From Chrysochromulina tobinii (taxonomy: Eukaryota): 36,594 nucleotides of DNA. The position numbers and the translations under genes are program-made. Position 1 is the stretch's first letter; each line of letters begins with the position of its first letter. Shown piece by piece: positions 1-10,508 of the stretch. The stretch spans positions 1 through 36,594 of the forward strand of contig JWZX01003104.1 in NCBI GenBank assembly GCA_001275005.1. Reading direction: 5' to 3'. The notes below the pieces were generated by a model. The model was not told where the DNA came from, did not search any database, and saw only the letters and a list, made by a program, of their open reading frames with translations.

Positions 1-50
1 ATGCGAATTTCCGGCAACTGCCATTCACAACAGAATTCACGCGGTGCGTC

Positions 51-3000
51 ATGGAGGACTTCGCTTGCGCCTGGCTTGGCACGAATCCTTTCGAGGAAGT
101 CTGTGCGCGCGACAGCTGGCCCGGTTCGCCCGCCTCTGGTGGATGGACGTCGCCTGCGACAAGCACGTGCGCGACCGATGACGAGTCCGAGAGCGAGCCC
201 GCCATGCTCATGAAGCAAAACACGAGCTGTACGCAGCTCCAATCACAGCTCCAATCTCCGCAGCAGCCGCAGCAGCCGCAGCAGCCGCAGCAGCCGCAGC
301 AGCCGCAGCAGCCGCAGCAGCCGCAGCAGCCGCAGCAGCCGCAGCAACTTCAGCAGCAGCAGCAGTGGCAGTGGCAGTGGCAGCAGCAGCAGCAGTGGCA
401 GCAGCAGCAGTGGAAGAAGCAGCAGTGGCAGCAGCAGCAGTGGCAGCAACAACTGCAGCAGCAGCAGCAGCAGCAGTGGCAGCATCAGCCGCAGCCGCAG
501 CCGCAGCCGCAGCCGCAGCAGCAGCAGCTACATCAGCTACATGAGCAGCAACACCAGCAGCAACACCAGCAGCAACACCAGCAGCAACACCAGCAGCAAC
601 ACCAGCAGCAACAGCTCCTGCAGCTCCAGCAGCTCCAGCATCGATTTCAAAGGCACGCCACCCATAACGAGCACCAGCAACAGCTGTGGCTACCGCAGCC
701 GCAGCCGCTCTTCCAGCAACAACCATCGCATCCTCATCGAGACGTTCGCTGGCCCGAGCCTCTGCAATTCGATGCGATGCGGCACGGCCCGCCCGTGAAC
801 GGAGTTCACCAATCCGAGCCCCGCCCATCCGATGAGCGTCGAGATCTCCGCCGTCGAGATCTCCGCAGCGGTCTCTACTGGGGTGATCATGCTCATCGGC
901 CAGCTGATTACGAGACTCGATCACCATCTTGCCACGACGACTTCAGAGTCCGTTCAGGGCCAAGCCGAGATGAGGTACCAGTGGACGTGGACACTGCAGA
1001 GCAGCGAACGGCTGAATGGCGCTCATTGGAATGGGCCCGTGAGAAGGAGCGCCAAGCAGCGCGGCAGCGCTGGCAGCTGCTGTCCGAAGTCGAGAGTAGC
1101 CTGCGGGAGCGCCGACCAGAGGCTGTGAAAGCTGCGCTACGGGCGGCAGCCGCGGGCCGGGTGGAGGTGCCAGGGGCGTGGCTCGCGCATGCCTTGCTGC
1201 TCGCCGCGCAGGAGAGCACCGGTGCCTTTGCGGAGTTGTTACATGAGCTCTCCACTGGTCGAAAGCCAGCCGAAGATCTTGAGAGCTCTACAGGAGCGGC
1301 TGAGGAGGCGACTCGTTCAGCCAATGGGCCAGGGACCACACAGCAGCCGCGCGCTCTCCGCCTCGATCTCGCGTGCTATGCTGAGCTGCTCGCGGGGCTT
1401 GTGGCAGATTGTGGCGCTTGCCGGCCGATAGCGGTACGACTGTGCCTCAATCTCGCGCTGCCCGTGGGTGCTGAGCCAGTGCAGCCACTGCCAAGCGGTG
1501 TGACGGACCTCGAGGCTGCGCTTGCCGAGGAGGGCACGCAGGAGGACGGCGAGATGCTCGAGGAAGTGATGGTGCGTGCAGAGACGTCGGAGGTGCTGGG
1601 GGCCTCCCAGCCCCTTGTGGGGGCAGGTGCCCAAGGAAATGGTGCGGCGAATGGCCGTGGCGACGGGGATGGCACTCGCGAGGGGGCAGGCATAGGCGAG
1701 GCGGACGTCAGTGTCAGTGATCGCCAGGTTGACGATGTTCTGGTGGCGGTAGAACACGGAGCGCAGCAACTGCTCGAGTTTTGTGGATGCACTGTGCGGC
1801 CTTCCCTGAACGGCATCTATGAGCGGGCGGACGAGTTTGCGAGCTCGAGCGTGAGCTCGCGGCCAGTGTACCGCATTCAACGGCCGACGGTCCTGGCGGG
1901 CAATGAGAGTGCTGACGAGGCTGCGGAGGAACAGCCGCAACTGAAAGGGTCGCAGTGGCTCTGCTTCTTTTGGCAATTTGGTGACTCGCCCAAGGATGCT
2001 GGCTGGTGGTTTGGCGCCGCCTTGGGCTCTAAGGAGGGGATCGTTGGGTTTTGCCCTTCGGATGCGCCGCTGCCGCCTGCGAAGGGGGCTGTCTGGCAGC
2101 TGCTGCCTGAGCGCAAGGGGAAGCGTCGCACGCGCGATGCCCAAGCCGGCTTCAAGCGAGCGACAGAGCGACGAAGACCCGACGAGGTGCTCGCAGATGC
2201 TGACGCCGAAACGCCGCGTCCGAGCGCCGAGGAAGCTGTGAGGCGACTTGACGTCAATGAGCTGCTGGGGCGCGTATTTGGGACGGACGAGAGGGCGTCG
2301 CGATACTTTGGACACTTTGGGTGCGCATTACACCTCGAATTCCTCGAAGAGATCCTGGATGTTAGGCGGCGGCTCAGGTCGCGCACCGCGGACAGCCTCA
2401 AGCGGGTTGGGCTCATGGTCGCCCCCGTGCGTGCAATCAAGGTGGTACGCTTTCCGGCTCGGCACGGCGGTCGACACAAGCTCAAGGTGACTTTTGCTCT
2501 GCCTCGCAAGACTGTGGCGAGTGAGCTGCGTCTGAAGAAGGGCGAATGTGTGCTCGTCTCCTCGAGCAACCCGCTGGTCGACTCGGTCGGTGAGGGGACG
2601 CTGCTTCAGCTCGCCGACGACAAGGCTGTCGTTGGCCTTGAGGCGCCCGCTGCGTGGGAGGTGGACGACACCCGATGGCAGTCCGGTAGCTGGCGGCTTG
2701 ACGCAGGGCCCAATCGAACGAGCTACACGCGTCAACTGGCGGCACTGGTGGGCTTGTGCACAACTCGCTCACTGCGCCCATTGCAGGCACTGCTGCTCGC
2801 CGGGGACGTGTCGAAGGCTGCTGAATGGGCCCAACGGGAGCGCGAAGGACTCGACCTGCATGGGCAGCTCGAGGCACCAGCGAACAGGGAGGCTCGTGCA
2901 GCATGGGCACGCGTGCAAGGGGCGCACGTGCACGCCGGGACAAGAGCGGCGGGCATGGCGCCGACGACGGACAGTCCCGGTGCGGCCATCCACGCCATGG

Positions 3001-6000
3001 CGGCAGGCGAAGCATCAGGGGAAGCATCTGAAGCGTCTGGTGCTGCGAAACTCGAAGTGTCAGCGGCTTCGGAGGAGGTGCCCATGCCGACGGACCCATC
3101 AGACCGTGCACCCCCATTGGCTATTCCAACCTCGCCGTCGCTGCCGCCTCCGCTGGTACAGCAGCTGGCCATGGAGCCACTACGAGACGGGTTGGACCTC
3201 GAGGTGCTGGCCAAGCTGCAAGAGGAAGTGGTAACCGCGCCCCGGCTCTCCGACTCGCAGCGGCGGGCCATCTTGGCCGCATTTCAACGGCGGCTCACTA
3301 TCATTCAGGGGCCGCCAGGCACCGGCAAAACCTCCACGTCGGTGCAAATTTTGCGCGGATGGGCGGCGCTGCAGCTGCGCCCAGCGCTTTGCGTAGCCGA
3401 GTGCAACGTTGCCGTAGACAACATCGCTATGGGGCTGCATGCAGTGGGAACCAAGGTGGTGCGCGTCGGCCGAGCTGACAAGGTGAGCGAGCGGCTCGAT
3501 GCATTTGCTCTTGACACACTCGTGGTGCGACGCCACTGCGATCGCGAGCTAGCTGGGCTCACGCAGCGTGTGCACGCGGCGGAGCAGCGCCTGGTGCAGG
3601 TGCGACGCGAGCTGGAGGCGCTCGAGGCCTCCGTGCGGCTGCGGATGAGCAACTTGGTGGTATTGAGCGATGAAGAGCTGCGACGACGATTGGCCGAGAC
3701 CGAAGAAGCGCAGCACGCTGCTGCGGCGGACGACAGTGCTTTGGCAAGTGGTGAACGGGGTCGGGATGGCGCCGAGTCTGCTGACGCCGCTGCAAGAGAG
3801 TTACCAACGGCCATGGAGATGTGTGGATGCAGCGTCCAGGAGCTCAACGGCCTGTACCGAGCGCGGACTCTCGCTCAGGCGGAGGAGCCGACCTCGCCCA
3901 ATCTCACCTCGGCCAATCTCACCTCGCCGGATCCGGCCCACGTCCCCTCCGTGACTTTGGAGCAGGTGCTGCCTGAGGGACCTGCTGGTGCCACGAGGGC
4001 GCCGGCTGTGTGCTTCTACTACGCAGGTGGTGCGGAGCTTCCATCTGGTTGGTACCTGAGCCGCCGCACTCCCTTGCTCGCTGGGCAGCCCATCGGCAAG
4101 AAGAAACGCAAGCATCTCGTTGGCTTCTGCCCCTCCGTGCCGACTCCATTGCCGCCGTCGCAGGGATGGAGCGTCGTGCGTAATGGGATTCAGCAGGCAG
4201 ATCCGACGGCCGGCTTTCAGCCACCACCGCGAAGACCGCCGCCGGGGCGCGCTGAGCTCATCGAGGCGCTTCGTGCGCGAGAGTTTGCTGCGTTGGGTGG
4301 TGCTGCGGCGATCGCGGCCATCGAAGATGCAAAGGCTGCCGCAGACAGTGCCAGAGCCGACGTGGTTGCTCGTGGCGACCTCAACCGCCACCAAGTGGCC
4401 GGTGCGAGCGCCATCTTGATGGGCCTGGACGCGCAGGCCCTGCAGGAGCTCCAGCATGAGGTGCTCGCCGACGCGGACGTCATCTGCGCTCAGACGCTCA
4501 GCGCAGGCGGCCACTTCCTCGCGCGCCTCGGGCCGCTGCGTGGGCTACTCATTGATGAGGTGGCGCAGGCTACTGAGCCCGCGTGCCTTGTGCCGATCTT
4601 AGCGCGGGGCTGCGAACGCCTCGTGCTCGTGGGTGACCACTGCCAGCTGCCACCCTCGGTGCGTTCTCACGAGGCTGAGGCGCGCGGGCTCTCGCTCTCG
4701 CTCTTCGGCCGCTTGATCGCTGAAGGAGTTCGCCCTCACTTTTTGGACACTCAATATCGCGCGCACCCACGGCTCATGCGCTTTGCCTCCGAGGTCATCT
4801 ACTCGGGCCAGTTGCGCAGCGGCCTGCCGCCATCGGCCCGCCCGCCCGTCCGCGGCTTTGCATGGCCGAGTGCCGTCGTGCCCATCGCCTTCATTGAGGT
4901 AGATGCGCATGAGCAGATTGAGCACGACTCGAAGCTCAACCGCTTGGAGGCCGAGCGGCTCATGGCTCTGCTCGAGATGGTGCTCGTCGCGGGCGATGTG
5001 AGTACGGCCGAGGTGGGTGTGGTCACGCCGTACACGGCGCAGGTGCGGCTGCTGCGGTCCCTCTGGCGGGAACGCTGCACTTCGCGTCGGGTCTCGCGCG
5101 ACGAGGCGCGTGCCCTCGAGATTGCAAGTGTGGACGCCTTCCAAGGGCGCGAGAAAGACCTCATCCTCTTCTCGGCTGTGCGCGCGAATCCAGCGGGGCG
5201 CGTCGGCTTCCTCGGAGACTGGCGCCGGCTCAACGTGCTCCTCACCCGTGCACGGCGCGGGCTGATCGTGCTTGGCCACGCGAGCACATTGCGTCACGAT
5301 CCTCTTTGGATGCACTGGCTCGAGGCTGCCGCGGATGAGCGCGTCATCATCGACCGGCGCCGCTGGCTCGCTGTGCTCGGCCGCGCCATCCAGTCGATCG
5401 ATTGGGATGATGTGGTGCCATTACACCCACAGGGGGCACCCCGGCTACGCAATCTCCTTCGCGAGCTCCAGGGCCTCGAGTACGCGTCGCTTCGTCCCGT
5501 GAGTGCCTTTTGCGAGCACCTTGCAAGGTCGGGCTTGAGTATTGGCAACACGCTCAGGATGGAGGATGCGGGAGCCATGGTTGCCGTGCTCGAGGCGGCT
5601 GCGAACGGATGGTGCGGTGCAAGGGCGGAGATACTCTCGCTCCTGCGCGCCGCGCCCGAAGGCCGGATGCCTCGGGCGGTGCTCGGCAAGGCGGTGCTTC
5701 GGCGGTGGAAAATCACTCACCGTGCCGCTGACGACGAGGGCGAGGGCGACGCCTACTGCGAGGTAGATGCGGCGCCGGAGGTGACTGAGGATGGTGAGAA
5801 GGCGTGTACCCCAGCCGTTCACGCTGCTTTTGGCGCGCGCGAGCGTCACGCGACCGTCAAGCATCACCTCAGTCGCGTCGCGTGCAAGCTGGGCGACGGC
5901 CAAGTAGCGATTGCGGCGCCGTTTGCGCGGCAGCCTGCGCACGTGCCACGGGGATGCGAGTGGGGCGACCTCCCTGGAGCGCCACCTCTCACTGACGAGC

Positions 6001-6185
6001 CGAGCGAGCAGCTGAACCTCGCTGTCTGGCGGTCGCTCTGCTCTGGCGGACGCTCGTCACGAGGAGGGGGGGGCACGGTTGTGCTTGGTGCCACACCCGG
6101 CCCAATGCCCTCGTGGGCCGCCGCGCAGGCAGTGACATCATCAGAGGCGGCAAAACGGGCAGCTAACTCAGAGGGACAGGAGTAG
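51..6185 (+). CDS. UPF1/DNA2-NAM7-like superfamily 1B helicase with N-terminal poly-Q region
   Basis: 2044-aa ORF with SF1 motifs in order: Q-motif LSDSQRRAI, Walker A IIQGPPGTGKTST, Ia ECNVAVDNI, II LIDEVAQ, III LVGDHCQLPP, LDTQYR, V SVDAFQGRE, VI RRLNVLLTRAR. No UPF1 CH zinc domain is evident, so a paralog rather than UPF1 itself. Confidence 0.9.
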   Translation: MEDFACAWLGTNPFEEVCARDSWPGSPASGGWTSPATSTCATDDESESEPAMLMKQNTSCTQLQSQLQSPQQPQQPQQPQQPQQPQQPQQPQQPQQPQQLQQQQQWQWQWQQQQQWQQQQWKKQQWQQQQWQQQLQQQQQQQWQHQPQPQPQPQPQQQQLHQLHEQQHQQQHQQQHQQQHQQQHQQQQLLQLQQLQHRFQRHATHNEHQQQLWLPQPQPLFQQQPSHPHRDVRWPEPLQFDAMRHGPPVNGVHQSEPRPSDERRDLRRRDLRSGLYWGDHAHRPADYETRSPSCHDDFRVRSGPSRDEVPVDVDTAEQRTAEWRSLEWAREKERQAARQRWQLLSEVESSLRERRPEAVKAALRAAAAGRVEVPGAWLAHALLLAAQESTGAFAELLHELSTGRKPAEDLESSTGAAEEATRSANGPGTTQQPRALRLDLACYAELLAGLVADCGACRPIAVRLCLNLALPVGAEPVQPLPSGVTDLEAALAEEGTQEDGEMLEEVMVRAETSEVLGASQPLVGAGAQGNGAANGRGDGDGTREGAGIGEADVSVSDRQVDDVLVAVEHGAQQLLEFCGCTVRPSLNGIYERADEFASSSVSSRPVYRIQRPTVLAGNESADEAAEEQPQLKGSQWLCFFWQFGDSPKDAGWWFGAALGSKEGIVGFCPSDAPLPPAKGAVWQLLPERKGKRRTRDAQAGFKRATERRRPDEVLADADAETPRPSAEEAVRRLDVNELLGRVFGTDERASRYFGHFGCALHLEFLEEILDVRRRLRSRTADSLKRVGLMVAPVRAIKVVRFPARHGGRHKLKVTFALPRKTVASELRLKKGECVLVSSSNPLVDSVGEGTLLQLADDKAVVGLEAPAAWEVDDTRWQSGSWRLDAGPNRTSYTRQLAALVGLCTTRSLRPLQALLLAGDVSKAAEWAQREREGLDLHGQLEAPANREARAAWARVQGAHVHAGTRAAGMAPTTDSPGAAIHAMAAGEASGEASEASGAAKLEVSAASEEVPMPTDPSDRAPPLAIPTSPSLPPPLVQQLAMEPLRDGLDLEVLAKLQEEVVTAPRLSDSQRRAILAAFQRRLTIIQGPPGTGKTSTSVQILRGWAALQLRPALCVAECNVAVDNIAMGLHAVGTKVVRVGRADKVSERLDAFALDTLVVRRHCDRELAGLTQRVHAAEQRLVQVRRELEALEASVRLRMSNLVVLSDEELRRRLAETEEAQHAAAADDSALASGERGRDGAESADAAARELPTAMEMCGCSVQELNGLYRARTLAQAEEPTSPNLTSANLTSPDPAHVPSVTLEQVLPEGPAGATRAPAVCFYYAGGAELPSGWYLSRRTPLLAGQPIGKKKRKHLVGFCPSVPTPLPPSQGWSVVRNGIQQADPTAGFQPPPRRPPPGRAELIEALRAREFAALGGAAAIAAIEDAKAAADSARADVVARGDLNRHQVAGASAILMGLDAQALQELQHEVLADADVICAQTLSAGGHFLARLGPLRGLLIDEVAQATEPACLVPILARGCERLVLVGDHCQLPPSVRSHEAEARGLSLSLFGRLIAEGVRPHFLDTQYRAHPRLMRFASEVIYSGQLRSGLPPSARPPVRGFAWPSAVVPIAFIEVDAHEQIEHDSKLNRLEAERLMALLEMVLVAGDVSTAEVGVVTPYTAQVRLLRSLWRERCTSRRVSRDEARALEIASVDAFQGREKDLILFSAVRANPAGRVGFLGDWRRLNVLLTRARRGLIVLGHASTLRHDPLWMHWLEAAADERVIIDRRRWLAVLGRAIQSIDWDDVVPLHPQGAPRLRNLLRELQGLEYASLRPVSAFCEHLARSGLSIGNTLRMEDAGAMVAVLEAAANGWCGARAEILSLLRAAPEGRMPRAVLGKAVLRRWKITHRAADDEGEGDAYCEVDAAPEVTEDGEKACTPAVHAAFGARERHATVKHHLSRVACKLGDGQVAIAAPFARQPAHVPRGCEWGDLPGAPPLTDEPSEQLNLAVWRSLCSGGRSSRGGGGTVVLGATPGPMPSWAAAQAVTSSEAAKRAANSEGQE
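259..640 (+). repeat. Coding poly-Q low-complexity repeats (CAGCAGCCG)n, CAG/TGG, (CAGCCG)n, (CAGCAACACCAG)n
   Basis: Directly visible tandem codon repeats encoding QQP, QW, QP and QQHQ units in the helicase N-terminus. Confidence 0.95.
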
Positions 6186-6782
6186 CAACGGTATTCAAGC
6201 GCCAAGGTGCACAAGAAGAGCCCTCGTCCCACGCCACATGGTTACGATTGCTCCGAGTACGAGCTCATCTAGGCGGAACGGAGCCGCGCGCAAAAATAGA
6301 TCCTCAATTAGGCTTCATCTTGGAGAACGCACTTCGCACCAGTTCGCACGGCTTCGCGCGGCGACGGCGCGGGCACGCTGCGAGCACACGCATCTGGGGG
6401 ACCGTAGGGGAACCGCTCTCTGGACGGCGCGCGCGGTGCGTACCGGCCGTATCGCGTATGCCACGAACACCGCGCCGACTCGTTGCCTCTTAGAAATACT
6501 ACGCGGCGGTGCGCTGCCGTAAATGTCGCGAATTATGCGGACCCGGAACGTGGACCGTTGGCGTTGCGGCGAGACCGCCGACGGTCGCGCACCCGACGGA
6601 GTGCCGCGGACCGGACCGGATCCAAAACCGCTAAGCGTGCGTACTGTCGTGAAACTGTGCGGTTACGCCCGCCCGGTCGCGGCTCGCGCCGGCCGCCACG
6701 ACACCGCTATATAGCGTTATTTTTCATAGCTGTGTATAATAGCTGTGTACAGTAAGTCGTATCATCGAGCCTCGAGCGCGTC

Positions 6783-7199
6783 TCAATCGCTGTCGTCGGT
6801 ATGTCCATCGCTGAGTGCAGTCAGATCGATGCAGGCGAGTCGTGGAGAGTCTTCGGCCTCCGAGTATGTCTCTGAGCTGAGCCGACTGGTCGGCGGCGAC
6901 CATGCGAGGGCGGGAACCCGAGCCCACCACGAGGCAGACGGGTCGGTGGTGCCATGCTCAGCATCGTTGCCATCCGTGTTTCCATTCGAGAGCTCCGAGT
7001 CAGACTCGCTTGAGTTGGACTCATCCGAGCAGCGGAAGGCGCGTGCGAGAGCGGCGTCGTCCACGACAAAGTCGTCCATCACCTCTCCGTCGTCACCGCT
7101 TGTGCACTCCTCATCGGCCACTGGATCTCGCCAGCTCGTCTTCGGGTCCCGTAAGTCGCCCTCCTTGTCAGGTATGAGGAAGCTCTGTAGGAACTCGTT

Positions 7200-7259
<60 letters not shown>

Positions 7260-8081
7260 CTCGTCTCCGTCGTCACCCGCCAGACTCGTCGCCAGCACGC
7301 CGATACCGAGCACACGCACACGCAGCGGCCTCCGACGCACGAGGATGCCAGCTGCGGTGGGGCACCCCGCCGTGATGCATATGGCACGGCCACGCATGAC
7401 GAGTTCGCGACGCAGCACGGTCTCGAGGGCTTCGCAACCTACTCCCGCCCCTTGCGAGCCATCGGCCCATAGGCCATGCAGCAGGTGCACAGCCAGGGCT
7501 CCCTCGTGCTCCGCGTCGAAGCTCTCCGTGCAGAGCAGCGCCGCGAAAACTTGCAGCCGGATTGCTGTGGAGTGCGAGCGCTTCGTCACGCGCAGGTCGC
7601 CAAGGCCACCCTTGAGGAAGCGTGACATGGTCGGGTGCTGCCACGCCCATTCAAATTGCAGCGCCGCGACTTTGCTGCTGAAGCCGTGCACGAAGAACAA
7701 CATCTCCCACGGTCGACCCACACGCGTACGCCGAGCGCCGCCCTTGACCTCGCCGTTGTGTTGCCGCAGCCTTCGATGCGGGTTGACGGTGAACCCGATG
7801 TATGTCTTGCCCGGACTTGAGAGCGAGCGAAGGAGATAGCAGCACAGAAGGCACGTGCCAGCAGCCCCAGCGTCCTGGCTTGTCTTCTCACGGCCTGAAT
7901 CACGGCCACCTTCGCGTGCACCCCGCCCCCCGAGGCCACCGCTTATGCCTGCGCCGGTCTTGCCGCTGCTGAGGGATCAAAGGGCGTCGCGGCAGTCAGG
8001 GCTGGCGATTGCCTGCCAGCCCGGGAGGGTTGTGGGGCATGGCGTGGATGGCGTGGAAGAATCTCACCTGCTCACGACCAT
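6783..8081 (-). CDS. SLX1: SLX1-like GIY-YIG structure-specific endonuclease (2 exons: 8081-8068, 7968-6783)
   Basis: Reading upstream of the listed ORF gives [39 protein letters not shown], followed by [29 protein letters not shown], typical of SLX1. A 99-nt GTGAGA...CCCTCAG intron (8067-7969) joins ATG 8081 in frame. Long acidic C-terminal tail; no clear PHD/RING finger. Confidence 0.88.
7201..7260. repeat. (TCCTCG)n hexamer repeat encoding poly-(ED) in the SLX1-like protein
   Basis: About 10 tandem TCCTCG units visible. Confidence 0.95.
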
Positions 8082-8222
8082 CTTCTGATTTTTTTGAAGT
8101 TGCGCGGCCCACACACAAGTGCCGCGTGGACACAGTTCGAAAACTCTTCACTGCCGGTGCCCGGGAAAATACGATTGGCACGTGCCGCGTTAGCCGCCTA
8201 CTCACAATGCCGGCTCTTCCTT

Positions 8223-8975
8223 CTACGCCATTCTGTTGAATTGGGCTGCAAGCCAATCGGCGTGCCGGCGGCTCCCAAGCGCGCAATCCTCCGCTGCTGA
8301 CACGTACTTGGGCGACGGAGGCACCGCGATTTCGGCATCGAGCCACCGGCTGTACATATGGTGTTCGCGGCGCGCCTCGAGCGGCAACAGCCAGCTCGTG
8401 CCACTTGGCGTCGGCGGCTGCGAAGCCCTGGCCGCAGAGGTGGCGCTGGCGGCACGTGCAAGCTGCTTCTCAAGCCACTGTACGTGGTCGTCCTGCGCCG
8501 ACAGGTCCTGACCGCGCAAGACGGCGTTCACGCCCGCTGGAAGGCGCACATCGGGTTGGCGTGCTTGCACGAACGGCGGCGTTGGCGGTGGTGCTTGCTT
8601 CGGGGGCGATGGCGGCAGCCGGCGCAAGAAGCTGGCCAGCGGCGGTGGTGGCAGAGGAGGTGGCGAAGGAGGCGAATCAGTGACCTTCAACGAGGAGCCC
8701 CTCCGCGCGCCGGCGAGTTGTGCCTCAATCCAAGCAGAATGCCTGGGGGTTCCCAGCGCTCTGTCGGTCGAAGCCACCCGTAGAGCAGAAGCAGAAGACG
8801 CCGGCGGCGCCCGCGATGACAAGCTGCTTGCGCCCGCAATCTGGTGCTTGAGCCACTCGCTGTGATCAGTAGCTTCCGTCTTACGGGTAGGCGATGCCTC
8901 TTGCGGTATGCCTCGGGAGCGTCGCAGTTGCGCCGCGAGCCAATCTGCATGCTCAGAAGTCCCAAGTTCAGCCAT
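8223..8975 (-). CDS. Hypothetical protein with six HxxW[LI]xx[QE][LIF] repeats separated by Pro/Ser/Ala-rich linkers
   Basis: 250-aa ATG-to-stop ORF. Repeats conserved at protein level but divergent in DNA (HADWLAAQL, HSEWLKHQI, HSAWIEAQL, HVQWLEKQL, YSRWLDAEI, HADWLAAQF) argue for real coding. Confidence 0.75.
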   Translation of the reverse strand: MAELGTSEHADWLAAQLRRSRGIPQEASPTRKTEATDHSEWLKHQIAGASSLSSRAPPASSASALRVASTDRALGTPRHSAWIEAQLAGARRGSSLKVTDSPPSPPPLPPPPLASFLRRLPPSPPKQAPPPTPPFVQARQPDVRLPAGVNAVLRGQDLSAQDDHVQWLEKQLARAASATSAARASQPPTPSGTSWLLPLEARREHHMYSRWLDAEIAVPPSPKYVSAAEDCALGSRRHADWLAAQFNRMA

Positions 8976-9246
8976 TTTTCTACCAAGCGCTCCGGACGGC
9001 GCGAACGCGTGATTACCGGTACCTGTTTAAGTCATGGATTGAGTACTGTAATCAAAGAGCTTGCACGATCATGGGTCGGTTAGCTCCCATAAACCTTACA
9101 TGTATTCCTCAAAATTGCATGCAGTCAGTTTTACATCCGAAATCTCTCAACGCGTTTCCTTAATTCCTCAAAGGTCCAAATCGAAAAAGTGGTCGGCATC
9201 AAGTCCATTGTCTGGTCGTCAACAGGACGCTTGCAAAGGGCAAGGT

Positions 9247-10508
9247 ATGGTGCAAAACAAGGGGAGCTTCGCGATCGTGACATACGACCGCACCTTTGGC
9301 GAGTCAGGACGCGGAAATGGCCAGTATCGTCTGCCGCGGCACCTCTGCGCCTTGCCCGACGGCCACCTGTGCATCAGCGACTCGGTCAACCAGCGGCTGC
9401 AGGTGATTACACAAGAGGGCGACTTTGTGCGCAGCATCGGCGAGCCGGGCTCAGGCAATGGCCAGCTGCGGGGCCCATGCGGAATTGCGTGCGAGAACCA
9501 GCAGCTCTTTGTCGTCGAGGGCGGCAACCACCGTGTGCAAAAGCTCGCTCTCGGTGACGGGGCGCCACTTGGCAAGGCGGGCTCGCACGGCTCGAAGAAG
9601 ACGGGCGAGCTGTGGTGCCCGCACGGCGTGTGCATAAACAAGGGACAAGCATTCGTCGCCGACTACATCAACGGGCGCGTCGTTGTCTACGACATCGGCT
9701 CGATGGAACACGTCCGCACCTTTGGCGCGCGAGGCAGCAAGGAGGGGGAGCTCGAGTACCCGTGCGGCATCGCCGTCAAGGGCGAGGAGGTGTTCGTGGC
9801 CGAGTTGGGCAACCACCGCATCTCCGTCTTCACCAAGAAGGGCAACTTTGAGCGGATTCTCGGAGGAGAGGGCAAGGAGCCTGGACGCTTCTTCCAGCCA
9901 CGCTCGGTGATCATCGTCAAGGGGTGGCTTCTGGTCACAGAGCCCAAGCGCGTGACGGTGCGCAACGCGACGCGCGAGGGTCGCCGGCGTGCTGGCGCGT
10001 GGGCTACGCGTGGGCATGTACTGGGGCCGGTGCCCACCTCGAAGGAGACGCTTTCTCGCGCCACCCTCTGTGTCGCTGTACTCGCGCCTGCGCCTCTCTG
10101 ATGTGGATACTCTGATGCGATTATGATGCGATCGCCACAAGTGCCATCTTGCCTCGTCCTTTGCCGATACATGTCCCCTTCCCTTGCCCGCAGATCATGT
10201 CTCCCGATGTGGGCGAGCCGCAGCAGACGCTGGAGCTGCCCGGCGCGGGCCAGCTATGGGGCGCGTGCAAGGACGAGGCCCAGACTCGCGTCTTCGTGAC
10301 TGACATCCGTGCTGGCCACGCACGCATCTTTGTGCTCAATGTCGTCGGCAACATGTTTGACGACGGCGCGGGAGGCAAGGCGGTGAACATGAACGCGGCC
10401 GCCGCAAAGGCGGCCGAGGCGGCGGCCAAGCTGAAGGAGTGGAAGGAGCAGAAGGCTGCCGAAGCGGCGAAAAAGGAGGTTTCCGGTGACTCGACAGGGG
10501 ACCATTAA
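9247..10508 (+). CDS. NHL-repeat beta-propeller protein (2 exons: 9247-9957, 10194-10508)
   Basis: Repeated NHL blades (GQLRGPCGIA...LFVVEGGNHRVQ; GELEYPCGIA...VFVAELGNHRISVF). A phase-0 intron GTGCGC...CCCGCAG (9958-10193) supplies the last blade (VFVTDIRAGHARIF). Start codon uncertain. Confidence 0.82.

Noticed and set aside
3891..3929. 15-bp tandem ACCTCG(C/G)CCAATCTC repeat inside the helicase
   Set aside because: Short in-frame slippage duplication (TSPNL/TSANL) with no splice signals or further structure.
6745..7839. 364-aa Ser-rich plus-strand ORF
   Set aside because: Antisense of the SLX1-like gene; the poly-S is the complement of poly-(ED).
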